This document shows, in pieces, positions 10,103-18,073 of a stretch of 32,000 nt of DNA. How positions within the stretch are numbered: the stretch's first letter is position 1; each line of letters starts with the position of its first letter. Made by a program: the position numbers and the translations under genes. This DNA is from an uncultured archaeon (lineage in GTDB: Archaea > Iainarchaeota > Iainarchaeia > Iainarchaeales > Iainarchaeaceae), in the NCBI GenBank assembly GCA_964577555.1, contig CAZNZM010000004.1, forward strand, positions 23,200-55,199, given 5' to 3'. A model generated the notes under the pieces. That model had not been told where the DNA came from. It saw only the letters and a program-made list of their open reading frames with translations, and did not search any database.

Positions 10103-11770
10103 TCAATTTTTAGCCATCTCCATTACCCTTTCAGTAAACTGCTTTTTGAACTCATCCTCATTAGCTTTGCCCTGCAAAGGCTTAATCTTCTCAAAAAGAT
10201 CAACATACAAAGTATTAGCCTTCAAAACAAATTCAGCTTCAAGCTTTTGAGGCACTTCTGACATTATGTCAAAATACTTTTGCTTGGCCCAAGCCCTAAG
10301 CATAATATCAGCCAAAGCCGCATTATAATCCTTATAACCTTGGGTATGCTCAATTATTTCATTTATCACAACCGACTTGCCCTTCATAAAAACATCAGTA
10401 GGCACAAGAGTATCGCGTTTAGGATCATAAACCATCAAATCCTGGAAAACAGGTTCATCTTCCCAATCCTTAAGAACTTCAGTAACGGAAACAACACGCC
10501 TAACCCTATGCAAACCAGTAACAGTCTTTATCTGCTTCACCATTATAATCAAATCAGTAACCTTGAAAGAACCTTTTGGCACGCCAAGATCATTAACAAT
10601 CCTGTCATAAACACCATAAGGATTATCAGCATGAATTGTGCCGGCAACAGTCATGGACATGGCGCCAACCCTCATAGCCTCATACAAAACCTTCGCCTCT
10701 TTAGACCTGACTTCACCAAGAATAAGACAAGAATCACCAAGCCTCAAAGAAGTCCTCAAACCATGATCAAACGGAATTTCAAGACCCTCTTCCATCAAAG
10801 CAGACCTTACCTTAAGAGAAAGCAAATCATAACCAAACCTCTTATAATGATCAACAGGCAACTCCTGAGTATCTTCAATAGTAATAATCCTATACTTCTG
10901 CAAAATCTCAGTAATGGTTGCACCAAGCACAGAAGTCTTTCCAGACCCTCTTGGCCCTGCCACCAAAAAAGTCCTGCCATGAGCAATCACAAAAGACATA
11001 AAACCAGCAAACAAAGAATTCAAAGTATTATTCTTCATAAAAAGAGGCAAAGTCCAAGGACTCTCACGATGCTTCCTAATACTATACCCAATCCCATGAA
11101 CAGAAAACGGCGGAACAACAGCCTCAACCCTTGTCCTCACATTCTCAACATACAATTCGCCATCCAATTGAGGCTGAGCCTTGTTCAAAGGCCTGCCAGA
11201 CTCAATCTTCAAATAAGTAGCAAGATAATTCAAAAAATCAATAGAAGGATAAATGTTAGTCATGCACTCTTCAAACTCGTCATGAATCACAATCATAGGA
11301 GTCTGAAACTCTGGAGGATTAATATTAACCTCCTGAATATGAGGATCGCTCAACAAATAATCAAGAATGCCGTGCTTCTTAATCCAAATATTAAGCAACT
11401 GATCGGAAAAATCACGCCTCTCAAACTTTTCCCTAAGTTCCTTCAACTCCTCATACTTCTTGTCCAAACCAGGAATCTTAATAACATAAGCAATTCTAAG
11501 CTTGTCCTCAACATCAATTATGTCAACAGTAGCATCCTTTATATCATAACTCTTCAAAACCTTGCCTTCAAGAGGCTGTATCAACACATCAACAAAAAAA
11601 GGATAAACAACAAAATTCTTCTCCTGCAAATACTGCTGCTTCGTAAAAAGCTTGTTCTTATAAATCAAAATATCCAAATCAGGAGTTGGCTTGACACACG
11701 CATTGCACTGTGGAAAAGCAATATCATTCAAACCATCACAATTCTCACAATCCCTTATCTTATACTTCAT
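10103..11770 (-). CDS. Type II/IV secretion-family ATPase (ArlI/PilB/VirB11-like), divergent, with an N-terminal CxxC-x10-CxxC zinc ribbon
   Basis: Motifs: Walker A FLVAGPRGSGKTS, IITIEDTQELP, Walker B-like CLILGEVRSKEA, and His-box AGTIHADNP. The track start at 11830 is TTG; ATG at 11770 gives MKYKIRDCENCDGLNDIAFPQCNAC. Confidence 0.85.
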   Translation of the reverse strand: MKYKIRDCENCDGLNDIAFPQCNACVKPTPDLDILIYKNKLFTKQQYLQEKNFVVYPFFVDVLIQPLEGKVLKSYDIKDATVDIIDVEDKLRIAYVIKIPGLDKKYEELKELREKFERRDFSDQLLNIWIKKHGILDYLLSDPHIQEVNINPPEFQTPMIVIHDEFEECMTNIYPSIDFLNYLATYLKIESGRPLNKAQPQLDGELYVENVRTRVEAVVPPFSVHGIGYSIRKHRESPWTLPLFMKNNTLNSLFAGFMSFVIAHGRTFLVAGPRGSGKTSVLGATITEILQKYRIITIEDTQELPVDHYKRFGYDLLSLKVRSALMEEGLEIPFDHGLRTSLRLGDSCLILGEVRSKEAKVLYEAMRVGAMSMTVAGTIHADNPYGVYDRIVNDLGVPKGSFKVTDLIIMVKQIKTVTGLHRVRRVVSVTEVLKDWEDEPVFQDLMVYDPKRDTLVPTDVFMKGKSVVINEIIEHTQGYKDYNAALADIMLRAWAKQKYFDIMSEVPQKLEAEFVLKANTLYVDLFEKIKPLQGKANEDEFKKQFTERVMEMAKN

Positions 11771-12311
11771 GAGCCCCACCAACCACACTCTTATCAAACT
11801 TATAACCCGCACGCTCCATAACAGTTTCAATATTATTTATCCTCTTTCCCAACATGCCAACCATTTCAACAAGATTAAGATAAACATTCTTCACACGATA
11901 AGAAGAAACCGCACCATACATCTTCTCAATATCCGCAATCTTAACCATAATCTCCTTAGAACCGTCAGAAATGCCCGCCAAACCATCAGAATCATTCTCC
12001 ATAGAAATAAGACTACGCTCAATATCATCCAACCTTGTTTTGACAAGATCAAGCTTTGCATTAAAAATAACAAAACGCTCATTCAACCTCTCAACCTTTT
12101 CAATACCTTTTTTAGAAAGAGCCTCAGGATTAGCCTTTTCCAACATTTTAATAATCCGCTCAATTTTCATATAAATAAGATTTATTTGTGTGTCAAGAAA
12201 CCTCAACGCTTCAAGAGTCTCCAAATTAGCATCCTTCAAAACAACAAATTGATCAGTATTAACGTCATACGTCTTCCCAAACTGCTTCTGTTCAAAAACC
12301 TCTCGGGACAT
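11760..12311 (-). CDS. Helical/coiled-coil protein of unknown function, co-oriented with the locus A ATPase
   Basis: It has an ATG start and overlaps the ATPase start by 11 nt. The sequence is heptad-like and rich in E, K, L and I. I recognised no motif. Confidence 0.5.
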   Translation of the reverse strand: MSREVFEQKQFGKTYDVNTDQFVVLKDANLETLEALRFLDTQINLIYMKIERIIKMLEKANPEALSKKGIEKVERLNERFVIFNAKLDLVKTRLDDIERSLISMENDSDGLAGISDGSKEIMVKIADIEKMYGAVSSYRVKNVYLNLVEMVGMLGKRINNIETVMERAGYKFDKSVVGGAHEV

Positions 12312-12320
12312 AAAACCAAA

Positions 12321-12989
12321 TCAGCCCCCGAAAATTTTCTTGAGAGAACCAAAAAAATTATCAAAAAAACCAACTTTAACCTCTTCAGGCTTCTTAGGCT
12401 GAACCTGCTCCTTAGACTCCTCTTGGCTTGAAACAACCTTTTGATCCTGCCCAGAAGTAACCTGAATAGCCAATTGCTCCTCAATATACTTTATCCTCTT
12501 CTCAAGAGTCTCCATCACATTAATAAGAGCCATAAAAGTATCCTTGGTCTCGGAAACAGAAAGACCCTGATAAAGCTCTTCAAGAGAAACAACCTTGTTA
12601 TAAAGACTGTCAAATTGATTCTTGCTTATCTTGGTCTGCAAAATCTCCTTAAGCTCGTCATCCCTTTCCTTCAATTCATTAGTCTTCTGAAGAAAAATAT
12701 TCAACTTTGATTCGGCAGAAGCAAGATTCTGCTCCAAATTATTAAGTTTTTGAATAACATCAGTAGCCTCAGTCAAAGGAACCCCAACAGAAACAGTATT
12801 CTCAAGCTGATCAATCTTAGAACTCAACTCCCCAATACTCGCAAGCAAATAATTCTGCTTCTCTTTCAACTTTGGATCCTTGACATTCGCCGGAAAAATA
12901 GAATTCATTGTTGAAGCAACCTGATTCACAGAATCTTTAAGTTCTTGAGTTTCATTAGCCACAAAAACCACACCCAAAAAACATACCAA
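12321..12989 (-). CDS. Coiled-coil protein of unknown function (first gene of locus A); start uncertain
   Basis: The track start at 12989 is TTG. The TATA-like box at 13010-13017 would put the TSS at ~12987, so GTG at 12962 (M-ANETQELK...) or ATG at 12908 are alternatives. It has long heptad-like stretches and ends GFFDNFFGSLKKIFGG. Confidence 0.5.
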   Translation of the reverse strand: MVCFLGVVFVANETQELKDSVNQVASTMNSIFPANVKDPKLKEKQNYLLASIGELSSKIDQLENTVSVGVPLTEATDVIQKLNNLEQNLASAESKLNIFLQKTNELKERDDELKEILQTKISKNQFDSLYNKVVSLEELYQGLSVSETKDTFMALINVMETLEKRIKYIEEQLAIQVTSGQDQKVVSSQEESKEQVQPKKPEEVKVGFFDNFFGSLKKIFGG

Positions 12990-13009
12990 AAAAATAAAAG
13001 AACAATCAC

Positions 13010-13017
13010 ATATAAAT
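13010..13017 (-). promoter_or_regulatory. TATA box (ATTTATAT on minus strand) for the locus A operon
   Basis: It lies in the 194-nt divergent spacer, ~24 nt upstream of the longest-ORF start. Confidence 0.4.
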
Positions 13018-13150
13018 GGATTACTATAAAACCAATTCTACACAAAATATCGGATTTAGTAATAATTCAAAGCCAACTATTCAGCACAAACCCCAAACAA
13101 CAAATAAATTAATATTTCAACCTATTTTTACAAAAAAAACACTAGTGAAC

Positions 13151-13160
13151 ATTAAAATAG
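13151..13160 (+). promoter_or_regulatory. TATA-like box (attaaaatag) for 13184..15241
   Basis: It is centred ~29 nt upstream of the ATG at 13184. Confidence 0.35.
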
Positions 13161-13183
13161 TAGTATGAATTTTATAAATAAAG

Positions 13184-15241
13184 ATGATTCAAGTTAACAG
13201 CAAAGGAAACGCAATAGCAATAGTGCTTGCAGCAGTAGTAATCACGACAATAGTTGTAGTAACATTACAAAACACTCCTCCAATAAATATAAACAATCAA
13301 CAAAACTCAACAGAAAAACTAATGAGCGAATTTGAAAATTCAATAGAAAAAGGCTTCAAAAATTCAACATACAAAATAATGAAAAACGGATTCTCCACAG
13401 ACGACCCAATATGGTTTTACAACAAACCAACCATGCCAAGCTTAAAAGAATTTGACAAAAACTTCACAGACTTAACCAAAAAAGAAATAGAAGAACTGCT
13501 AAAAGAACTCAAAAACAAGACAGGATACGAATACGACCCAGCAAGCCTAAAAGTAGAACTAAAAACCAACATTGACAAAACAAAAAAACCAATTGAACAA
13601 ATAAAAGCCCTGCCAGAAGACAAACCATTGGATTTGGAAATAAACGTGCTGGCAACAGTAAAAGAAGGAGACCAAGAAAAACAAATACAATACACCAAAA
13701 CAAAAAAAATCCCAGCAAATACTATAAAAACATACAAAAAACTTGCAGAATGGATGGAAACAGACATGAAACACTTTGAAATAGAAACGGCAAGCGCAAT
13801 GGACGAAGCAGGATACTGCCAAGTAGCACTATGCGATTGCACAAGCGACCCAGAACCAAGAGATGAAGAAGGCAATTTGTTGAAAATGATAGACGAGAAA
13901 TTCATCAAAGGAAATTACAACACAGAAAACATAAAACCAAAATACGAAAAAATGCTGCAAACAAAAATAGACAAATTAAACCAAAAACTTACAGGGACAG
14001 GCATAACTTGTACATATGAAATAGAAAAATGGGAAACAAGCACAGACGAATACAGAGAACAACAATGCGTGGAACCAAAATCCGATGAATCATTGCAAAG
14101 GCACTGCAAAGAACCAGGCGGAAGATGGCAAAACATAAGAATAAGCGAAACACTTGACAAAATAACAGTAGAAGAACTATACAATAATGAAACAACCAAA
14201 AGAGAACCTAATCAAAACCCACAACAAAAAGACTATGACACAAAATACATTTACTATGAATGGCAAGAAATGAAAGAAAAAGACACTGTGCCAAAAAGAG
14301 AAAAAACAATGGAAAGCAACAACATAATAGGAGAAAAAAGAGAAACAAACCCAAAAATAGAACTAAAAGACTGCGGAAAAGAAAAAAAACATAAAGACGA
14401 ACTAGTTGCACTAAACCCAAAACTATACGCAAAAGTAGCAATCAAATGCAACGAACCGCAAGAATTGATAGGAACAAGCAAAAAAGAAGAAACAGCAACA
14501 ACAATAATAAAAATTGTCACAGCACTTGAAAAAACCTGCCAACCAAAACCGCTTAAACCAAACCCGCCTCTCTCGGCAGAACCAACAAAATGCCTCGGAG
14601 CAAATTCAGCACCAATAATTGAATGCGAAGAAGACATTGACTGCATACCAGAAGAACTAAGAGATCCAAAAATTACAGGAAGCTCAAAAGGAGGAATCTG
14701 CACAAAATTCTGGTGCGAAAAAGACGCACAAAAAATACAAGAAATCATGGAAAGAAACAACAACCTAACCAAAGAACAATACAATAATATAATAAAAAAC
14801 AATAAAGGAGTTTGCAAACAAGAATACGTTGGAATTGATTTAAAACAATGCCCGGGGATAAACAAATGCAACAAAGCAACATGCTCATACATAGATGAAA
14901 GTGGAAACCTTTATCCAAACGGAAGATGCAAATTAGAACCTGTTTTATGCCAAGGAAACAGCACATCAATAAACACATGCGGAGCACCATTAAAATGCGA
15001 CGAAAGCAAAGGATGCATACCCGACACATCAAACACAAACTCATACCTTAATTGCACTGAAAACAAAGAATTATACAAAGGCAGCTGCATAACACCTTCA
15101 TGCGTATGCGACACAAAAGAATGTACAAGATACAAATGCATATCAACCGCAAAAAACGATTTATGCCCTCCAACTAATGAAGGCATATCACAATACTGCA
15201 ACCCAATAAACGGGCTTTGCGAAAGAACAATATACTCATGA
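13184..15241 (+). CDS. 685-aa pilin-like (class III signal-like N-terminus) secreted protein with a cysteine-rich C-terminal half
   Basis: The N-terminus is MIQVNSKG-NAIAIVLAAVVITTIVVVTLQ. I count 32 Cys, 18 of them in the last ~150 aa (CxxxC and CxC spacings). It is K/E/N/T-rich and is transcribed divergently from locus A. Confidence 0.65.
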   Translation: MIQVNSKGNAIAIVLAAVVITTIVVVTLQNTPPININNQQNSTEKLMSEFENSIEKGFKNSTYKIMKNGFSTDDPIWFYNKPTMPSLKEFDKNFTDLTKKEIEELLKELKNKTGYEYDPASLKVELKTNIDKTKKPIEQIKALPEDKPLDLEINVLATVKEGDQEKQIQYTKTKKIPANTIKTYKKLAEWMETDMKHFEIETASAMDEAGYCQVALCDCTSDPEPRDEEGNLLKMIDEKFIKGNYNTENIKPKYEKMLQTKIDKLNQKLTGTGITCTYEIEKWETSTDEYREQQCVEPKSDESLQRHCKEPGGRWQNIRISETLDKITVEELYNNETTKREPNQNPQQKDYDTKYIYYEWQEMKEKDTVPKREKTMESNNIIGEKRETNPKIELKDCGKEKKHKDELVALNPKLYAKVAIKCNEPQELIGTSKKEETATTIIKIVTALEKTCQPKPLKPNPPLSAEPTKCLGANSAPIIECEEDIDCIPEELRDPKITGSSKGGICTKFWCEKDAQKIQEIMERNNNLTKEQYNNIIKNNKGVCKQEYVGIDLKQCPGINKCNKATCSYIDESGNLYPNGRCKLEPVLCQGNSTSINTCGAPLKCDESKGCIPDTSNTNSYLNCTENKELYKGSCITPSCVCDTKECTRYKCISTAKNDLCPPTNEGISQYCNPINGLCERTIYS

Positions 15242-15256
15242 TTGCCCAAAAACTGC

Positions 15257-15265
15257 AAAAAAAAA
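15257..15265 (-). terminator. Oligo-T (T9 on minus strand) directly after the topA stop codon
   Basis: An A9 run on the + strand abuts cta (TAG) at 15266-15268. Confidence 0.45.
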
Positions 15266-17479
15266 CTACTTTTGCTTTTCGCCAACTTTAACCGCATTAG
15301 ATTTACTTTTTGAAACAACTTCGCTCTTTGATTTTCTGGAAACCTTTTTTCTAACAGACACAGGTTTGTTCACAACCGAATCAACATACTTTTCTGAAGA
15401 ATTATAATCCGAAACAGAAACTTGCAAAGCGCTTTTTGCTTTTTCAGCCTCGACAATTTTAGCCTTCCAATCGGCTTTAGTAACACAATTAGGGTCAAGG
15501 CACATTTCAAAACGCCTCCTAGCCAAAGAAACAGCAACCTTAGGAGAACCACACTTATCACAATTCACATTAAGAGCACTTAACTTGCCTTTTTGAGGCA
15601 ACGGAAAAGCATTAACACATCGAGGATAATTAGAACAACCCACAAAACGCTTTTTTTTCTTGCTCATCAAAACCCTCAAATCGCCGCCACATTTTTGACA
15701 TTTCCCAACAACCGAATCTGCAGCAAAACCTGAAAGTATACCTGCCCTTATACTATCCTTATTCTCAAGCATCCTGTCAAGAATCACATGCAAAAACTTC
15801 CTGGACTCGTCAACAACTTCCTTTTTTGTCCTTTTACCAGCAGCAATTTTATCCATTTCAACTTCAAGCTTCGCAGTCATGTCAGGCTTGACAGCATCAA
15901 CATTATTCTTTTCAAGAGAATCAATAACCGCAAAAGCAACCTTGCTGGGTTCAATAGATTTGGAACCAAAAATATAACGCCGAGAATAAAGTTTTTGAAT
16001 AATAGTATGGCGAGTACTTTTAGTGCCAAGCCCAAGCTCCTCCATGAGCTTTATCAAAGTAGATTGACTATACCTTGCAGGCGGCTGAGTTTCCTTTTCA
16101 ACCAAATCCAAAGAAACCAAATTTACAACATCACCTACTGACAAACGAGGCAAAATAACTTCAGTAAGTTGAGAATAAGGATAATAAGCCTTCCAACCAG
16201 ACACAACAATCTTTTGCCCATTAGCAACAAACGGCTGTCCGGCAACATCAATATCAACAGAAACATTTTCAGTCAAAGCATCATCAGCAACAGTAGCCAT
16301 GAACCTCCTAACAATCAACTCATAAATTTTCCACTGCCTATCACTCAAACTTTCCTTTGGAGCAGCTTGAACAGGATGAATAGGCGGATGATCCTTTGTC
16401 TCCTTGCTACCCCTTGAAGCCACAATATTGCCTTTTGAAAGAATAGACTCTGCATCCTTCTTAAAATCAGGAACCTTAGAAATCTCCTTCAACACACCAA
16501 CCAAGTCAAGAGATGAAGGATAAACAGTATTATCAGTACGAGGATAAGAAGTATAACCTTGCTGATAAAGAAACTCAGCGATCTCCATGGCTTGATTTGC
16601 AGAAAAACCAATAGAAGTGGCTTGCCTGAGAAAATCGGTAGTATTAAAAGGAGTAGGCTTCTTCACAACCCTGCTTGAAGACTTTAAATTCACCACCTTG
16701 CCAAAATCAGGTTTGCCATTAAACAAAGACTCCGCCTCAGCCTTAACCCAAAATTTGCCTTTTTTGTGTTCTGCAACAAACTGCTTAGAATCCTTTTCAA
16801 AAACAGCATGATACTCCCAATACTTTTTCTTATCAAACGCAAGACGCTCCTTCTCCCTATTCACAATAATTGCAAGCACCGGAGTCTGAACCCTTCCAAC
16901 ACTCAAAAAATTCTTGCCAAGCTTGCCCGCAACCAAAGACAAAAACCTTGTCAAAACAGCACCCCAAATCAAATCAATCTCGCGCCTTGAATCAGCAGAA
17001 TCAGCATAATTAAAATTCACATCTGAAAGATTTGAAAAAGCATAAGACAAATCCTTTTTAGTAATCGCAGAAAAGTAAGCCCTTTTCACAACTATGTTTG
17101 GGTTTGAACTCTTAATATAATTCAAAGCCTCTACACCAATACTTTCACCCTCACGATCAGCATCAGTAGCAATAATAACCTCGCTAGCTAATTTACCAGC
17201 TTCCTTCAAAGCATCAATAATGGCTTTCTCCTTTCCAAAATACTCGACTTCAGCATCAACAAGAGTCTTAAGATCAGTGCCAATCCAATAATTATATTTC
17301 TTTGGAAAATCAACATCAACAATATGCCCCCGCAAAGGAATAACCATGCAATCAACACCACCCCAAACAAACCTGAAAACCTGAGCAGAACCAAGCTGAC
17401 TAACACTGACTTTTTTACCAGCAAGTATAGAAGCAATATTGCTCCCAGCAATAGACTTTTCCGCAACTATCAACTTCAT
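15266..17479 (-). CDS. topA: Type IA DNA topoisomerase (TopA/Topo III-like) with two C-terminal zinc ribbons and a K/S-rich tail
   Basis: Toprim N-terminus MKLIVAEKSIAGSNIA. Also DADREGE, the active-site GYTSYPRTDN, CQKCGGDL...CSNYPRC and CDKCGSP...CLDPNC. Confidence 0.92.
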   Translation of the reverse strand: MKLIVAEKSIAGSNIASILAGKKVSVSQLGSAQVFRFVWGGVDCMVIPLRGHIVDVDFPKKYNYWIGTDLKTLVDAEVEYFGKEKAIIDALKEAGKLASEVIIATDADREGESIGVEALNYIKSSNPNIVVKRAYFSAITKKDLSYAFSNLSDVNFNYADSADSRREIDLIWGAVLTRFLSLVAGKLGKNFLSVGRVQTPVLAIIVNREKERLAFDKKKYWEYHAVFEKDSKQFVAEHKKGKFWVKAEAESLFNGKPDFGKVVNLKSSSRVVKKPTPFNTTDFLRQATSIGFSANQAMEIAEFLYQQGYTSYPRTDNTVYPSSLDLVGVLKEISKVPDFKKDAESILSKGNIVASRGSKETKDHPPIHPVQAAPKESLSDRQWKIYELIVRRFMATVADDALTENVSVDIDVAGQPFVANGQKIVVSGWKAYYPYSQLTEVILPRLSVGDVVNLVSLDLVEKETQPPARYSQSTLIKLMEELGLGTKSTRHTIIQKLYSRRYIFGSKSIEPSKVAFAVIDSLEKNNVDAVKPDMTAKLEVEMDKIAAGKRTKKEVVDESRKFLHVILDRMLENKDSIRAGILSGFAADSVVGKCQKCGGDLRVLMSKKKKRFVGCSNYPRCVNAFPLPQKGKLSALNVNCDKCGSPKVAVSLARRRFEMCLDPNCVTKADWKAKIVEAEKAKSALQVSVSDYNSSEKYVDSVVNKPVSVRKKVSRKSKSEVVSKSKSNAVKVGEKQK

Positions 17480-17484
17480 AAAAA

Positions 17485-17955
17485 CTACAACTTTTTTTGC
17501 TGAAGAAAAGAAGGAAGCTGCCTAGAACGCTTAACCTCAGAAATAACCACTAAAGTTTTTATGTCAAGAACACCATCCATATTGCCAAGCATCTCAACAA
17601 ACTTTTCGGCAGAATCAAGGTCAGGCACAACAAGACGAGCAAGAATATTATACTCGCCAAGAACCTGATAAACCTCCATAACATAATCAAGCTCTTTAAG
17701 CCTCTTAATGACATCCTTGTTCTTAGAAAGCTCCGACCTAATCTGAACAAAAATAGGGTTTTCAAAACCAAGAATCTTCAAATTCAAATCAACAGTTATA
17801 ACATTAATAATTCCCCTGCGCTTCAACCTTTCAACCCTCTTCTTTATTGCAACATCAGTAAGATTAACCTCCTTTGCAATAACGCTAAAAGAAGCCCTGC
17901 CATCCTCAAGCAACATACTCAAAATCTTATGATCAATCTTGTCAAGAGTCTCCAA
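17485..17955 (-). CDS. Lrp/AsnC-family transcriptional regulator
   Basis: LDKIDHKILSMLLEDGRASFSVIAKEVNLTDVAIKKRVERLKRRGII plus a RAM-like C-terminal domain. No ATG can include the HTH. The options are TTG at 17955 (METLDKID...) or TTG at 17973 (the track start). The TATA-like aaatataaag at 17991-18000 favours 17955. Confidence 0.88.
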   Translation of the reverse strand: METLDKIDHKILSMLLEDGRASFSVIAKEVNLTDVAIKKRVERLKRRGIINVITVDLNLKILGFENPIFVQIRSELSKNKDVIKRLKELDYVMEVYQVLGEYNILARLVVPDLDSAEKFVEMLGNMDGVLDIKTLVVISEVKRSRQLPSFLQQKKL

Positions 17956-18073
17956 AAAAAAGCACCCAATCAATTATCCAAACACAAAACAAATATAAAG
18001 TTAATTTTTCAAATAAAAACAAAAAAAAATTAATTAAGAAAGAAATTAAGAAACAATAACGCTAATTTTATAC

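Noticed and set aside
10280-11821. A 513-aa + strand ORF. Similar long + strand ORFs are 473..1051, 1151..1885, 1875..2318, 4176..4844, 11691..12431, 21074..21535 and 21863..22387.
   Set aside because: All lie antisense to well-supported minus-strand genes. They translate to low-complexity N/K/I/P/T/R/H/Q strings. They are a by-product of the T-poor (and so stop-poor) + strand.
12950-12989. An N-terminal TM anchor (PilN/PilO-like topology) for the first coiled-coil protein.
   Set aside because: The hydrophobic stretch VCFLGVVFVA is only ~11 residues long. It exists only if a TTG at 12989 is used, and the TATA position suggests that TTG lies at or upstream of the TSS.
13417-14892. Minus-strand ORFs inside plus-strand genes: 13417..13908, 14254..14892, 18106..18609, 23257..23646, 28273..28977 and 29775..30122.
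   Set aside because: They are F/L/V/C/S-rich translations of the G/T-rich antisense strand of confidently assigned plus-strand genes. I recognised no motifs in them.
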